DNA of 63,694 nt, counting the filler, from Octopus bimaculoides (lineage: Eukaryota): assembly GCF_001194135.2 (NCBI RefSeq). It is 4 parts of 4 records of this genome, joined end to end, with 100 filler letters (N's around TTAATTAATTAA, not from the genome) between each part and the next. Parts side by side here need not be neighbours in the genome. Positions count along the whole stretch, not along the records: positions 1 to 24,119 come from NC_068992.1; 3 more parts are not named here. One strand, 5' to 3'. The position numbers and the translations under genes are program-made. Below the pieces are notes generated by a model that saw only the letters and a program-made list of their open reading frames with translations, was not told where the DNA came from and searched no databases. Of the stretch, positions 1 through 11,877 are shown one piece after another (within the stretch, counting starts at the first letter, position 1; each line of letters begins with the position of its first letter).

Positions 1-10
1 TGTGTGTGTG

Positions 11-64
<54 letters not shown>

Positions 65-65
65 C

Positions 66-98
<33 letters not shown>

Positions 99-106
99 CA
101 TATACG

Positions 107-177
<71 letters not shown>

Positions 178-210
178 ATATATACATATATATATGTGTG
201 TATGTATATA
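1..210. repeat. Compound (TG)n/(TA)n microsatellite
   Basis: Direct inspection. Confidence 0.95.
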
Positions 211-217
211 GTAACAG

Positions 218-247
218 AAAAGGAGGAACTTCCATTATCCCCACGTG
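218..247 (+). CDS. Candidate 30-nt micro-exon (phase 1-1: [11 protein letters not shown]) of an unidentified plus-strand gene
   Basis: taacag|AAAAGG...CACGTG|GTGAGT. Strong donor, but the acceptor is weak because it follows a microsatellite. Confidence 0.25.
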
Positions 248-699
248 GTGAGTTGTAATGTATATAAGAAATTAAAAAAATTTAAAAAAAAGAAAATACA
301 CACACTTTACATAGTTTTAATACAATTTTGATATATCGACCGGTTTCGCTTTCGCTATTCATGATATTATGGTCTACTTATTTGAATATGTATTTTCTTA
401 AGAAGAAATGTTTGCCCATGTTGTGTGTGATGATATTTACGAGTGAATGACTTCACAAGTAGAAAAATAAGAGGAGGGTAATTGGTTATCGTTATTATTG
501 TTATTGTTGTGGGCAAGGGAGATAACTGTTCAGCTTTCGCTAAGGGGAGGGGAATATATATGTACATACAAAAAAAAGGGTTTCGAAAAATTTGTTTAGT
601 GTGAGGATTTATGTACAGTGATGTAATCGTTCGTGAATTGAAATATGTAAAAAGATAAAAGTTGTTTATGTGTGCATATTAAGACGTGTTTTTTTAAGT

Positions 700-1200
700 C
701 ACTTCAAAAAATATCCTCAATTCAATAACACCCTATGCTTGGAATGACTAATTTTAAATACTATTGGAACTTTTACACACAAGGTTCAGGAAACTTATAT
801 GTATATCATTCTGCTTAAATAATGGAACTGCAGATACAATCTCCCTGCATATCTCATGTCTGTTTTCATTCCTCCACTTCACTCTCTATTTCATTCTTCT
901 CTAGAATAACTATTGCTTAACCATTTTCTCACACAGTCTACGATGAAGGGATATATAAAATATCCTGGAAACAGCTGTAAGACTTTCTCTTTATAAATGT
1001 TCTGAAATCTTTCACAGCCTTGGATTTTTATCTCATTCTGTTAATTTTTATATATATACCTATATTGATATATGACCGACGTTGGACTCCTCATTCGCAT
1101 AATCATCGAACCTGGAGCTTAACTATAGTCTGTCCATAGCACTTACTCAGCATTACCTGACACCTTTGGATTTTCTTGACACCATTACCTCTCATAACCT
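700..1200 (+). mobile_element. Penelope-like element 3' end / pseudo-LTR remnant
   Basis: ILNSITPYAWND* at about 710-750 resembles a GIY-YIG C-terminus. It is followed by a hammerhead-like motif at 935-984 and ends at (TA)n plus a gap. Confidence 0.45.
935..984 (+). ncRNA. Degenerate type I hammerhead-ribozyme motif (PLE type)
   Basis: Stem I AGTCT/AGACT; core ACGATGA (canonical CUGANGA); stem II GGGATAT/ATATCCT; GAAAC-AGCT-GTA with palindromic ACAGCTGT. Confidence 0.45.
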
Positions 1201-2639
1201 ATATACGTATATATATATATATATNNNNNNNNNNNNNNNNNNNNNNNNNNNNNNNNNNNNNNNNNNNNNNNNNNNNNNNNNNNNNNNNNNNNNNNNNNNN
1301 NNNNNNNNNNNNNNNNNNNNNNNNNNNNNNNNNNNNNNNNNNNNNNNNNNNNNNNNNNNNNNNNNNNNNNNNNNNNNNNNNNNNNNNNNNNNNNNNNNNN
1401 NNNNNNNNNNNNNNNNNNNNNNNNNNNNNNNNNNNNNNNNNNNNNNNNNNNNNNNNNNNNNNNNNNNNNNNNNNNNNNNNNNNNNNNNNNNNNNNNNNNN
1501 NNNNNNNNNNNNNNNNNNNNNNNNNNNNNNNNNNNNNNNNNNNNNNNNNNNNNNNNNNNNNNNNNNNNNNNNNNNNNNNNNNNNNNNNNNNNNNNNNNNN
1601 NNNNNNNNNNNNNNNNNNNNNNNNNNNNNNNNNNNNNNNNNNNNNNNNNNNNNNNNNNNNNNNNNNNNNNNNNNNNNNNNNNNNNNNNNNNNNNNNNNNN
1701 NNNNNNNNNNNNNNNNNNNNNNNNNNNNNNNNNNNNNNNNNNNNNNNNNNNNNNNNNNNNNNNNNNNNNNNNNNNNNNNNNNNNNNNNNNNNNNNNNNNN
1801 NNNNNNNNNNNNNNNNNNNNNNNNNNNNNNNNNNNNNNNNNNNNNNNNNNNNNNNNNNNNNNNNNNNNNNNNNNNNNNNNNNNNNNNNNNNNNNNNNNNN
1901 NNNNNNNNTATACACACACGCATACATGCATACATGTATCGAGAAAAAAGGAGGCAGTCAGAATGTTGGATAATTCTTTATTATTAGCGCTTTCATTCGT
2001 ATAAGCGAACTCTTGAAGATAAGAATTAAAATCAAAATGATAAAACCGATAAAAACAAAGCGTTTCCTTCTTCTTTTATGTGACTTTTTTTTTTGCTTTG
2101 TTTTTTGCTTGTTCTTTTATGGATGTTTCTTTTCTTTGTTTAGAAGAGGAGAAAATGTTTTTGTTTTCTTTTAGAGAAAGGAAAGAAAAGCAAAGAGAGG
2201 GAGAGAGGTTTCTTTTCAATTGTATTGTTTGCTTTGGAGACAAAAGAGAAAGAAGAAAAAATTTCGTTATTAACATTGGAACTACATTCAAAATAACAAG
2301 AACAGTGTAATATTGATGTTTCTTCTTCATCCATCATCATTACTACTAATAAAAAAAAAATGAAATGACCATGAAGAAGCTCTCTTGATAGACAACAAAA
2401 CCATCTAGCGTACATTGATGTCATCTTACATGGTATGTGAATATTGTTAGACAGCAATACAGCATTCACTGGAGCATTCATTTGCATTACATTTTTCCTG
2501 TCATATTAGCTGGGCACAATGTCTGTGTGAGCTAACCATGCGGTATTCATAATTTGTTTCATTCGAAGGGGTGCACATGCATATTGTCTCTGTTTCTCTT
2601 TCCAATATTTTTGACAAGATACAGTTCCTCTGCTTCTCT

Positions 2640-3435
2640 TTCAAGCATTTAATTTTGGAGACAATTTTTTGAAGTGCAGCTCCATTGCTTTTCGGAACTT
2701 TGGGTCATCTCTTGGACATCTGTAAAAGGGCAAGATTTTGAATTTTCCTTCATCGCATATTTCTAGATGCTTGTTCAGCAGAATCTTGAGTAGTTTCGCT
2801 TGTCGGATGTGTTGCCTGTGGATTCTTACATGTTAGCAAAGCAAATTTTTTGTTTCGCCAATATAATTTTCCTTGCAGCTGGGGCAAGTAATGAAGAATA
2901 TGATCTTCCGTGTTTTGCAGTTCGTATCTGCATTTACTTTGAAAGAGAATCTGCTCTTGAATTTAGTGGGAACTACTTTCTAAATATTTGAAGCTGTTGT
3001 TGTTGCATGTTCCACATATGCTATCCCACATTCTTTTACGAAGAATTCCGATTCATTCTCTGGTGTGAATTTTGTCCTTGTGAGGTGTTTTTTGAGATTC
3101 TTTGGCTGGCGTCTACTGTTTCGTAAGAGGTTTTCATCTATCAGATTTTTCATTTTGGGGCTTTGTAAAAGTATTCGTAGGTTTGATTTTATGGGGTGAA
3201 AATGTTAATTACCCCCAGGATCGTGCGTATTGTTAAATGAAATCGTCTGTTCATTAGTTTTTTCTTTTGTGTACATGGTTGTGTGATGTTTAGTCTCATT
3301 GCCTTTTTAATTCCAGCTTTTATTAATTCTAAAGGGTATTTCTGTTTTGTTAGGAAGCACTTGAGTTCATCAAGTCGGATTTTACGTATTTCGGGGTCAA
3401 TAACTATAGTACACATACGCCTTACCAAACTGTAT
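2640..3435 (-). mobile_element. Penelope-like retroelement remnant (post-RT region plus degraded GIY-YIG endonuclease)
   Basis: IPYSLVRRMCTIVIDPEIRKIRLDELKCFLTKQKYPLELIKAGIKKA matches the PLE C-terminal linker. Downstream HLEICDEGKFKILPFYRC...FRKAMELHF is GIY-YIG-like. Frameshifts and stops are present. Confidence 0.7.
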
Positions 3436-3555
3436 GGGATGTTATATATATACGCACACACGTACACACATACATATATATATACATATGTATGCATATA
3501 TGTATGTGTGTGTATATATGTACGTACATACATACATACAAACATACATACATAT

Positions 3556-3589
<34 letters not shown>

Positions 3590-3590
<1 letters not shown>

Positions 3591-4090
3591 TAGCAGCTAA
3601 CCCCGGTTTCACCCGGTTGGTTTGGATGATGTGGCTGTAAAACCTGCTCTGTGTAAGCATTCGACTTGTTTGGGCACGCTTACGTTAAAGGCAATTTTAG
3701 AATGACTTTTTTGTCAAAACGCTAAAAATAACTGACCAACAAAAAAAACAACCAGGATGCAATCAAATCAAAAAATGAACCCAAATACTAAGCGAACAAA
3801 GATGCAAAGCAACAGAAACAAACATAAAAAATAAAACAAAAAATACTACCGAGTATGACATCACCCCTTCCTTCCTTATTCATCTATCACCCCTTCCTTT
3901 CTCATTCATAAACACAAGAGTATTGTTATAGTAGATTATCTAGGTAACCATGGGGGCTATGAAAAAATACAAAGCCCAGCATCACCACCGAATCAATCTG
4001 CACATCTGTGTAATTTTTCGCGCAATTCCACCGAGCTGTTTGACTGTGAATTCCAAGATAAGAAAGAATCGCCCATGTCAAATTTATATG

Positions 4091-4092
<2 letters not shown>
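3590..4092 (-). mobile_element. Non-autonomous Helitron-like element, copy 1
   Basis: Minus-strand 3' end ...CCGGGTGAAACCGGGGTTAGCTGCTAG|T (GC-rich imperfect hairpin plus CTAG), embedded in (TA)n. Near-identical to 22773-23518. Confidence 0.65.
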
Positions 4093-4134
<42 letters not shown>

Positions 4135-4147
4135 TGTGTGTGTATGT

Positions 4148-4179
<32 letters not shown>

Positions 4180-4950
4180 NNNNNNNNNNNNNNNNNNNNN
4201 NNNNNNNNNNNNNNNNNNNNNNNNNNNNNNNNNNNNNNNNNNNNNNNNNNNNNNNNNNNNNNNNNNNNNNNNNNNNNNNNNNNNNNNNNNNNNNNNNNNN
4301 NNNNNNNNNNNNNNNNNNNNNNNNNNNNNNNNNNNNNNNNNNNNNNNNNNNNNNNNNNNNNNNNNNNNNNNNNNNNNNNNNNNNNNNNNNNNNNNNNNNN
4401 NNNNNNNNNNNNNNNNNNNNNNNNNNNNNNNNNNNNNNNNNNNNNNNNNNNNNNNNNNNNNNNNNNNNNNNNNNNNNNNNNNNNNNNNNNNNNNNNNNNN
4501 NNNNNNNNNNNNNNNNNNNNNNNNNNNNNNNNNNNNNNNNNNNNNNNNNNNNNNNNNNNNNNNNNNNNNNNNNNNNNNNNNNNNNNNNNNNNNNNNNNNN
4601 NNNNNNNNNNNNNNNNNNNNNNNNNNNNNNNNNNNNNNNNNNNNNNNNNNNNNNNNNNNNNNNNNNNNNNNNNNNNNNNNNNNNNNNNNNNNNNNNNNNN
4701 NNNNNNNNNNNNNNNNNNNNNNNNNNNNNNNNNNNNNNNNNNNNNNNNNNNNNNNNNNNNNNNNGTGCGCGCGCGTGTGTGCGTGCGTGCGTGCGTGTAT
4801 TGTGCGCGTTGGGGGGAGGGGGGTGACATGTGTGGGGGTGTAGGGGTATATATATGCGTATGTATACATATATGTATACAGGTATGTGTCTGGGTTTGTA
4901 TGCGTGTATTAGTTTACATTACATTTCCTCTTAAGCCTACTCACTCTTTG

Positions 4951-5200
4951 TGGACGCGCGTTGCTTTGTGGTTAGGGTGTTGGACTCATGGTCGTAAGAT
5001 TGTAGTTTCGATTCCTGGACCGCGTGGCGCGTTGTGCTCTTAAGCAAAACACTTCATTTCGCGTTGCTCCAGTCTACTCAGCTGGCAAAAATGAGCAATC
5101 CTGCGACGGGCCGGCCTCCTGTCCAGGGAGAATATATGAACCATGGAAACCGAGAATTCGGTCCAGTAAGTCTATATGACTTTGGAAGGATCTTTATTCT
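4951..5200 (+). mobile_element. tRNA-derived SINE (head + GAGCAAGACAC-type core)
   Basis: A/B-box-like GTGGTTAGG...GTTTCGATTCC, then cttaagcaaaacacttcatttcgcgttgctccagtctactcagctggcaaaaatgag, which is shared with 28655-29000. Confidence 0.7.
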
Positions 5201-6489
5201 TTTCCTTTATCCTACTCTTTCTTTAACGGCAGATCTTTCAGAATAACTAATTGTCACGGAGGATTGTTCTAACTGAAATATTTCATAATAAACTACCATA
5301 ATGGATCTAGGAGTACTGGATTTATATTTTCGTGTATATAGAGAAGTGCTTTATTGGATGTATGATATGGATAATAAAGACAAGAATTTAAATTAAAATT
5401 TAGAAAACTTACAATTTTAATGCCTTTCTCAATCATAATGGATAAATTATATTTTTAAAAATTATGTTGTAATTTCCGAAGTCTTTCCAATTGGGATAGA
5501 GAATAATTAATGGCAATGAAGAAAGAATCATCACGATATTGATTACCATTAATGTTTGGAGAGTCAAATGAGCACATATTTATGTTGAATGTCTAGGTTT
5601 TTTAGTCTAATCATTTTCATCGAATGATACCAATCGTGTTCCTCACTGCTAAAATAATATCTATTTCTGTTAAAGTTAAAGAAGATGTCTTTCTGCAAAA
5701 GATAGGAGCCCTGTAGATGAGTGTATGGAAAGTAGAGGTCATAATTGTTAAAACCATACATAAGGAATGAAAATATTACTTCATTTCTACCTTTACAGGC
5801 CAGTGGATTACATCTCTAGAATTGTCCCTAAGACACGTCTTAACTCTTTAACCATAGGTTTTACTTTAGCATATATCTTTGACTAACCCTATGCAAGTTA
5901 GACTTGGAAGCACGATTTAATGTAATTGAAGGATTACCAAAAATGTCTGTCTTATAGTTCTTGATAAGAAAACTGAAGTCAGAAAAGTTCTGTCCTGTTC
6001 TCACATACATATGTATGTGTGTTTGTGTTACGATATATATAAAAACAATATAGCATTAAACTGATGAATTACTCAATAGTTTTAGTAGAGTACAAATTTA
6101 TTAAACTTTTACGAGAATGGTAACTGTAACTTTGAAGTTTTGACTTGCAAGCCATCGTGGGACTATACTACACTTAGATCACTTTTAGCTTTCGGAAGTT
6201 GTTTTCTGGTGAAGCTATGTAAAATTAGGTGAAGTAGGTGTAGCTATGTAAAATTACGCTTGAGCATGAAGGTCTGAGAAGTAGATGCATAAAAAGTGGA
6301 AAAGAAGAGCTGTGGTAAAGTATGTTTATACGGTGTGGGTTGATAGAAAGTTGTGTTTGGACGATTCTGCTTGGTTTGGAGTGGGAGCTATTGTGGAAAT
6401 AAATATCTATACACACACATACATATTATACTTGTATATATCTATATAATAAAGACGAACGTCTGTGTATGTGTCTGTCTGTCGATTTA

Positions 6490-7015
6490 TTGGAAGAAAG
6501 ACCATGTTGTATGTATGGTGAAACTGAGAAGGCATAATCCATTACGAACTGCTTGAGCTTTATGTTCAACAACTGCACCGACTCAATTCAGCAAAAAAAA
6601 ACAAATAGGCGAAATGGCGTTCTTCTACAATACAACGCCCGTCATCATATCACTAATATGAACCAAAGCCGCGATTTAAGAACTCGAATGGGAAGAGTTG
6701 CCTCATCCTCCAAACTCTCCAGACTTGGCGCCGTCAGATTTTCATCACTTTGGACCGCTTTCGAACGCTTTGCACAGTGTATCGTTCAATAATGACGTGG
6801 AATTGATGGCTTGGTTGGACGAATTCTTTGAGTCAAGACGAATTCTTTGAGTCAAGATTGAATTCTTTGAGTAAAACTCGAGACATCGAAAAACTTATTG
6901 AACGATGATAGGAAATCGTAAACAACAACGGGAATTAATTGATTGATTCGTTGTAGTTTTTTTTTTTTTTAATAAATTTGAAAACAACGCTCATGGATTA
7001 TCTCCCAACCCAATA
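6490..7015 (+). mobile_element. Mariner (DD34D) transposase 3' remnant with right TIR
   Basis: Degenerate IIHYELL...NRRNGVLLQYNARHH...PDLAPSDF. It ends ...ccaacccaa-TA, like 52250-52776. Confidence 0.75.
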
Positions 7016-7221
7016 GATATAAACTAAAAGTTAATTCTTGGGTAAAATTTTATGAGGAAGAGCATGGAAGTTGTCCCGAGCCTCTAGGTGCCTTCCTAAG
7101 GGGGCTACAAGCCCTTTTCCAAAATGTTGCACATAACACAGTCCCAAGTTAAAAATATGCCCGGTCAAAGGGAGATAAATTAGATACAAGTACTCAAACA
7201 TGTACACACAAACATATGAAT

Positions 7222-7420
7222 ATCAAGAATTCATACATACATACGTACATACATACACACACACATACATCCGTACATACATATATGCATACACACACGC
7301 ATACATACATAGATACATGCATACATACATGCATACATACATACATACATAGATACATGCATACATGCATACATACATGCATACATACATACATACATAC
7401 ATACATACATGTGTGTATAC
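7222..7420. repeat. (TACA)n/(TGCA)-type compound microsatellite
   Basis: Direct inspection. Confidence 0.9.
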
Positions 7421-8251
7421 ACATGAACGCTGACGTACACACATGCGAACAAACAAACAAAAGAAGAAACGCAGCTCCGATAACGGACAGAGTCAACAAC
7501 TATTGAAGACGTTGCAAGAAGGAACGAAAATTTTAGAAGAAATGAATAAATAGATGAGTGGAAATCGAACCGGTGAGTGTTAATAAGGCGTCAAAACAGA
7601 ATGACTCTCCCCAGACACAGCAAAACTAAACGCAAGCACAGGTGAAATTAAAATCGGAAAATTATTCGTGGTCTATTTTTCACGTTTTACGATGTTTGAT
7701 CTTCAATTGTCTCCATCATTATTCTATGTGTAAGAAGTATGCTACTCACGAAGATAGATTGTTACTATATATTCCTAATTAAATTTTGTGTGCACTTTAA
7801 TAGCATTATTATATTGTTTTTATTCATTTTATATTTATATCTTCGAGTCACCAGGCTATTCGTCTAAGACAAGCTATTTGTAATTTTGTTTGTTGTAATA
7901 CTTAAGTTCAATAAATTATAGCACATATGATTTTAGTTTTCCCCTAACTTTGATTTAGTTACCTTGCACTACACAAGCCAAAGTCTGTGCGATGTTTGCT
8001 TCATTTAGAGACTGAAATAGTAGAGATTATAGATCAGAAGTTTACATGCACCCACGATGCTATTGGCCAGAAGGAAACAGCTCTATAATCTACATCGAAG
8101 TTGACAGTCATTCATTTCTTATATGATGGCGAGAAGGATACAGCTCTATCATCTACACGAAAGTTAACAGCCATTTCTATGTATATGTTCAATACTCATA
8201 GTACAATTTTGGCAGCCTTTTTCAACTCAGTTGATGACTGATGTTTCTGCT

Positions 8252-8331
<80 letters not shown>

Positions 8332-9260
8332 TACATATATATATACATATATATATATACATATATATATATACATATATATATACATATATATATATAG
8401 ATATACATATATATATATATACATGNNNNNNNNNNNNNNNNNNNNNNNNNNNNNNNNNNNNNNNNNNNNNNNNNNNNNNNNNNNNNNNNNNNNNNNNNNN
8501 NNNNNNNNNNNNNNNNNNNNNNNNNNNNNNNNNNNNNNNNNNNNNNNNNNNNNNNNNNNNNNNNNNNNNNNNNNNNNNNNNNNNNNNNNNNNNNNNNNNN
8601 NNNNNNNNNNNNNNNNNNNNNNNNNNNNNNNNNNNNNNNNNNNNNNNNNNNNNNNNNNNNNNNNNNNNNNNNNNNNNNNNNNNNNNNNNNNNNNNNNNNN
8701 NNNNNNNNNNNNNNNNNNNNNNNNNNNNNNNNNNNNNNNNNNNNNNNNNNNNNNNNNNNNNNNNNNNNNNNNNNNNNNNNNNNNNNNNNNNNNNNNNNNN
8801 NNNNNNNNNNNNNNNNNNNNNNNNNNNNNNNNNNNNNNNNNNNNNNNNNNNNNNNNNNNNNNNNNNNNNNNNNNNNNNNNNNNNNNNNNNNNNNNNNNNN
8901 NNNNNNNNNNNNNNNNNNNNNNNNNNNNNNNNNNNNNNNNNNNNNNNNNNNNNNNNNNNNNNNNNNNNNNNNNNNNNNNNNNNNNNNNNNNNNNNNNNNN
9001 NNNNNNNNNNNNNNNNNNNNNNNNNNNNNNNNNNNNNNNNNNNNNNNNNNNNNNNNNNNNNNNNNNNNNNNNNNNNNNNNNNNNNNNNNNNNNNNNNNNN
9101 NNNNNNNNNNNNNNNNNNNNNNNNNNNNNNNNNNNNNNNNNNNNNNNNNNNNNNNNNNNNNNNNNNNNNNNNNNNNNNNNNNNNNNTTAATACTCTATAA
9201 ATACCACGGGATCTTAGTCCACACAGTATCAAGGTATGATATAATAAATATGTAAAATAT

Positions 9261-9330
<70 letters not shown>

Positions 9331-9334
9331 TGTG

Positions 9335-9450
9335 TATAGGTGCAGGCGAGGCTGTGGGTTCAATCGCATTGATCAGCATCTTGGGCAAGTGTCTTCTGCT
9401 ATAGCCTAGAGCTAACCAAAGCCTTATGAGAGGATTTGGTGGGCGGAAAA
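9335..9450 (+). mobile_element. SINE 5' fragment (same family as 23528-23790 and 56985-57490)
   Basis: gggttcaat...cttgggcaagtgtcttctgctatagcc...ccaaagccttatgagaggatttggt. Confidence 0.6.
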
Positions 9451-9864
9451 GTACATAGAAATTTTATGTTGGGGTAATATATATGTTCATGAAACAAAAT
9501 GTTTACACAGTCGACTGTGATCAACGAAAGCGCTTACACACAATACGAAAACTGGGATTACCTAAATTTATTTTATCTTTAAGTTACATTTTTGAGACTT
9601 CTTTCCTTAAAAAAATTTTAGAACTTCGCAGTAAATTTAAATGTATGCGTGTGCATGTGCGTGCGTGTGCATGTGCGTGCACGTGTGTGTGTGTGTGTGG
9701 GTCTCTGTGTGTGCGCGCGCGCGCCTTTGTGTGTGTGTACCGTATATCTTTACTTATATTCTATCGCTTTACCTTTGCTTGTTTCGTCTATTCTTTCTCA
9801 CTTTTCTTACTACTTTAGTGTCTTCCCACTTTCTGTCTCTCTAAATATCGATATATATATATGT

Positions 9865-9896
<32 letters not shown>

Positions 9897-10849
9897 ACAG
9901 TAATCTTATGCAAGGTCATTCACTTTCCTCGAAATAAACAGACTTCGAAAAATAACTATCAGCCATGTTCATATACATAAAATACGACTCTGCTTTTAAC
10001 ATTCAATTTTTCTTTAATTGTTGATTAAAATGAGCACTTCAATCAAATGGGGCGGGGAGTCCGCAAAGGACAACACTAGGAAGAAAACTTTAAAATCAGT
10101 GCTCTACGAAATAATTCCCATAACAATTGTCTTGCATCGAGTTATACAATTGTTTTGTCACTTACGTTGTCAGAAATACAGATAATCAGTGACAAATCAG
10201 TTGAAAAATTGTAACCAACAACGCTTTTGTCCACGAATTATAATATAAAACAAATAGTAACAAGGCTCCATTAAATAATGGAGCCTTAGCTACACCAAGT
10301 AAGAGACTCGCGACTAAAATTCCTTCGATTATATATCTGCTTTGTCAGGGTTTGGTAGCACAATCATCAGCAAACACAAGCTGTTCAACAAAAAACAGAA
10401 TAAAAAAAGTGAATGGTACTGAAGCACCACAAACATTTTGGTCTGAAATACTTAGAAACAAGCCAAAGTACCATCTAATTCGAATTATAGGAAATTCACA
10501 TCTTGTCTACACAAGAGCAAGTGCCAAAGTATGAACTAAGTATAAAGAGTACGAACTCAAACAGGAATATGAACCTGATATCATATGATAAGAAAATAAA
10601 GCTGATTCACAGAAAATATGTTAAGAGCAGGCATACTCAGAGCACTCATCTTCCAGCTCGAGACAATGATTGTGTCTCAATGGGATTGTTCGACCTGATT
10701 GAATCCCACCTGGCTGTCTCAAAAATGGGAAGAAGAAATTGCTTTGTATAATGCCTGAAATACTTTTTGCTATAGAATTATTTAGTCCTAACTGAGCCAT
10801 TTGAGTACAACTCAGTAACGGCTGACTTAGGAATAAATAATTATTTTTA

Positions 10850-11058
10850 CAATAGACACAATGCCTGAAATTTGGTGGGAGCGAGGACAGCCGATTACAT
10901 CGACCCCAGTGTACAACTGGTTCCTATTTTATCGACCCTGAAAGGATGAAAGGCAAAATGGAGATCGGCAGAATGTGAATTCAGAACATAAAGATGGATG
11001 AAATGCTGCTAAGCATTTCGCCCGGCGTCTAATGGTTCTACCATCTCGTCGCCTTACT
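10850..11058 (-). mobile_element. tRNA-derived SINE with the GCCTTTCATCCTTTCGGGGTCGATAAA core (Nin-like)
   Basis: Reverse complement of the family seen at 56285-56710. Confidence 0.75.
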
Positions 11059-11494
11059 TAGGACCAAGTATTAACAATTTTCTAGATAACCCTTTTCTGA
11101 TCCAGAAACGAAAAGAAAATTCAACCAAACTATGCCTATCAGAAATCTGAAAGAGGAAGGAATCAGTAAAACGCACAATAAATTAATCCGTAGTTGAAAT
11201 TGTATGAACAGATCAAAACAGAACATTGCATGCGAACTGCTAATATTTTCTACCCTTTAATAAAGAAGAGAAAGACAGAGCTTATGACGTATTTTCTCAT
11301 AGCCTTCGTGGTTGACGGAATGAAAGGAGAAAAGTTATCTCAAACTCAAGACCTCGTTCGAAAGCTTACCAGAAGACATCCATGGGATAGTGTTAAACTA
11401 AACAGTGAATTAAGTCTACCACTCAAGAACTCAGAACCCAAAGAGCCATAAGAAACACATTAAGGGACTTCCTCGGCACTTAAATTCCGTAACC

Positions 11495-11640
11495 AAGGAT
11501 CAGTACTTTATTTCATTGACACTGAAAGTAATGAAAATAAAGTTGACCACTGTAGGATTTGAACTTCAAGCGTGAGGAGCCGAAACAAATACTTCAAGAC
11601 ATGATTTCTTACGCTTTAAGAAATTGTGCCAAAGTGCAGT
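11495..11640 (-). mobile_element. Diverged copy of the same SINE family
   Basis: gtactttatttcattgacactgaaag...aaagttgacc...ggatttgaacttcaag. Confidence 0.5.
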
Positions 11641-11656
11641 CACGAGAGTAAGTATA

Positions 11657-11877
11657 CAGTAATCCCTAGACTATCGCGGGTATTATGTTCCAAAACCACC
11701 CGCGATAGGTGAAAATCCGCGAAGTAGAAACAGTATTGTACTGTATATTTTTTTATTATCTTTATAATTAGTATATGTTAATTTAATTATAAATACAAGA
11801 CAACACCACAGTAGATTAGACGTAAGCTTAAAGAATAAGCCGCGATAGGTGAACAGTGATATAGTGAGGGATTACTA
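11657..11877. mobile_element. Tigger/pogo-like MITE (~220 bp)
   Basis: TA-CAGTAATCCCT...CTATCGCGG at the left and CCGCGATAGG...AGGGATTACT at the right are terminal inverted repeats. The CAGT terminus with TA flank is typical of Tc1/pogo. Confidence 0.7.
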
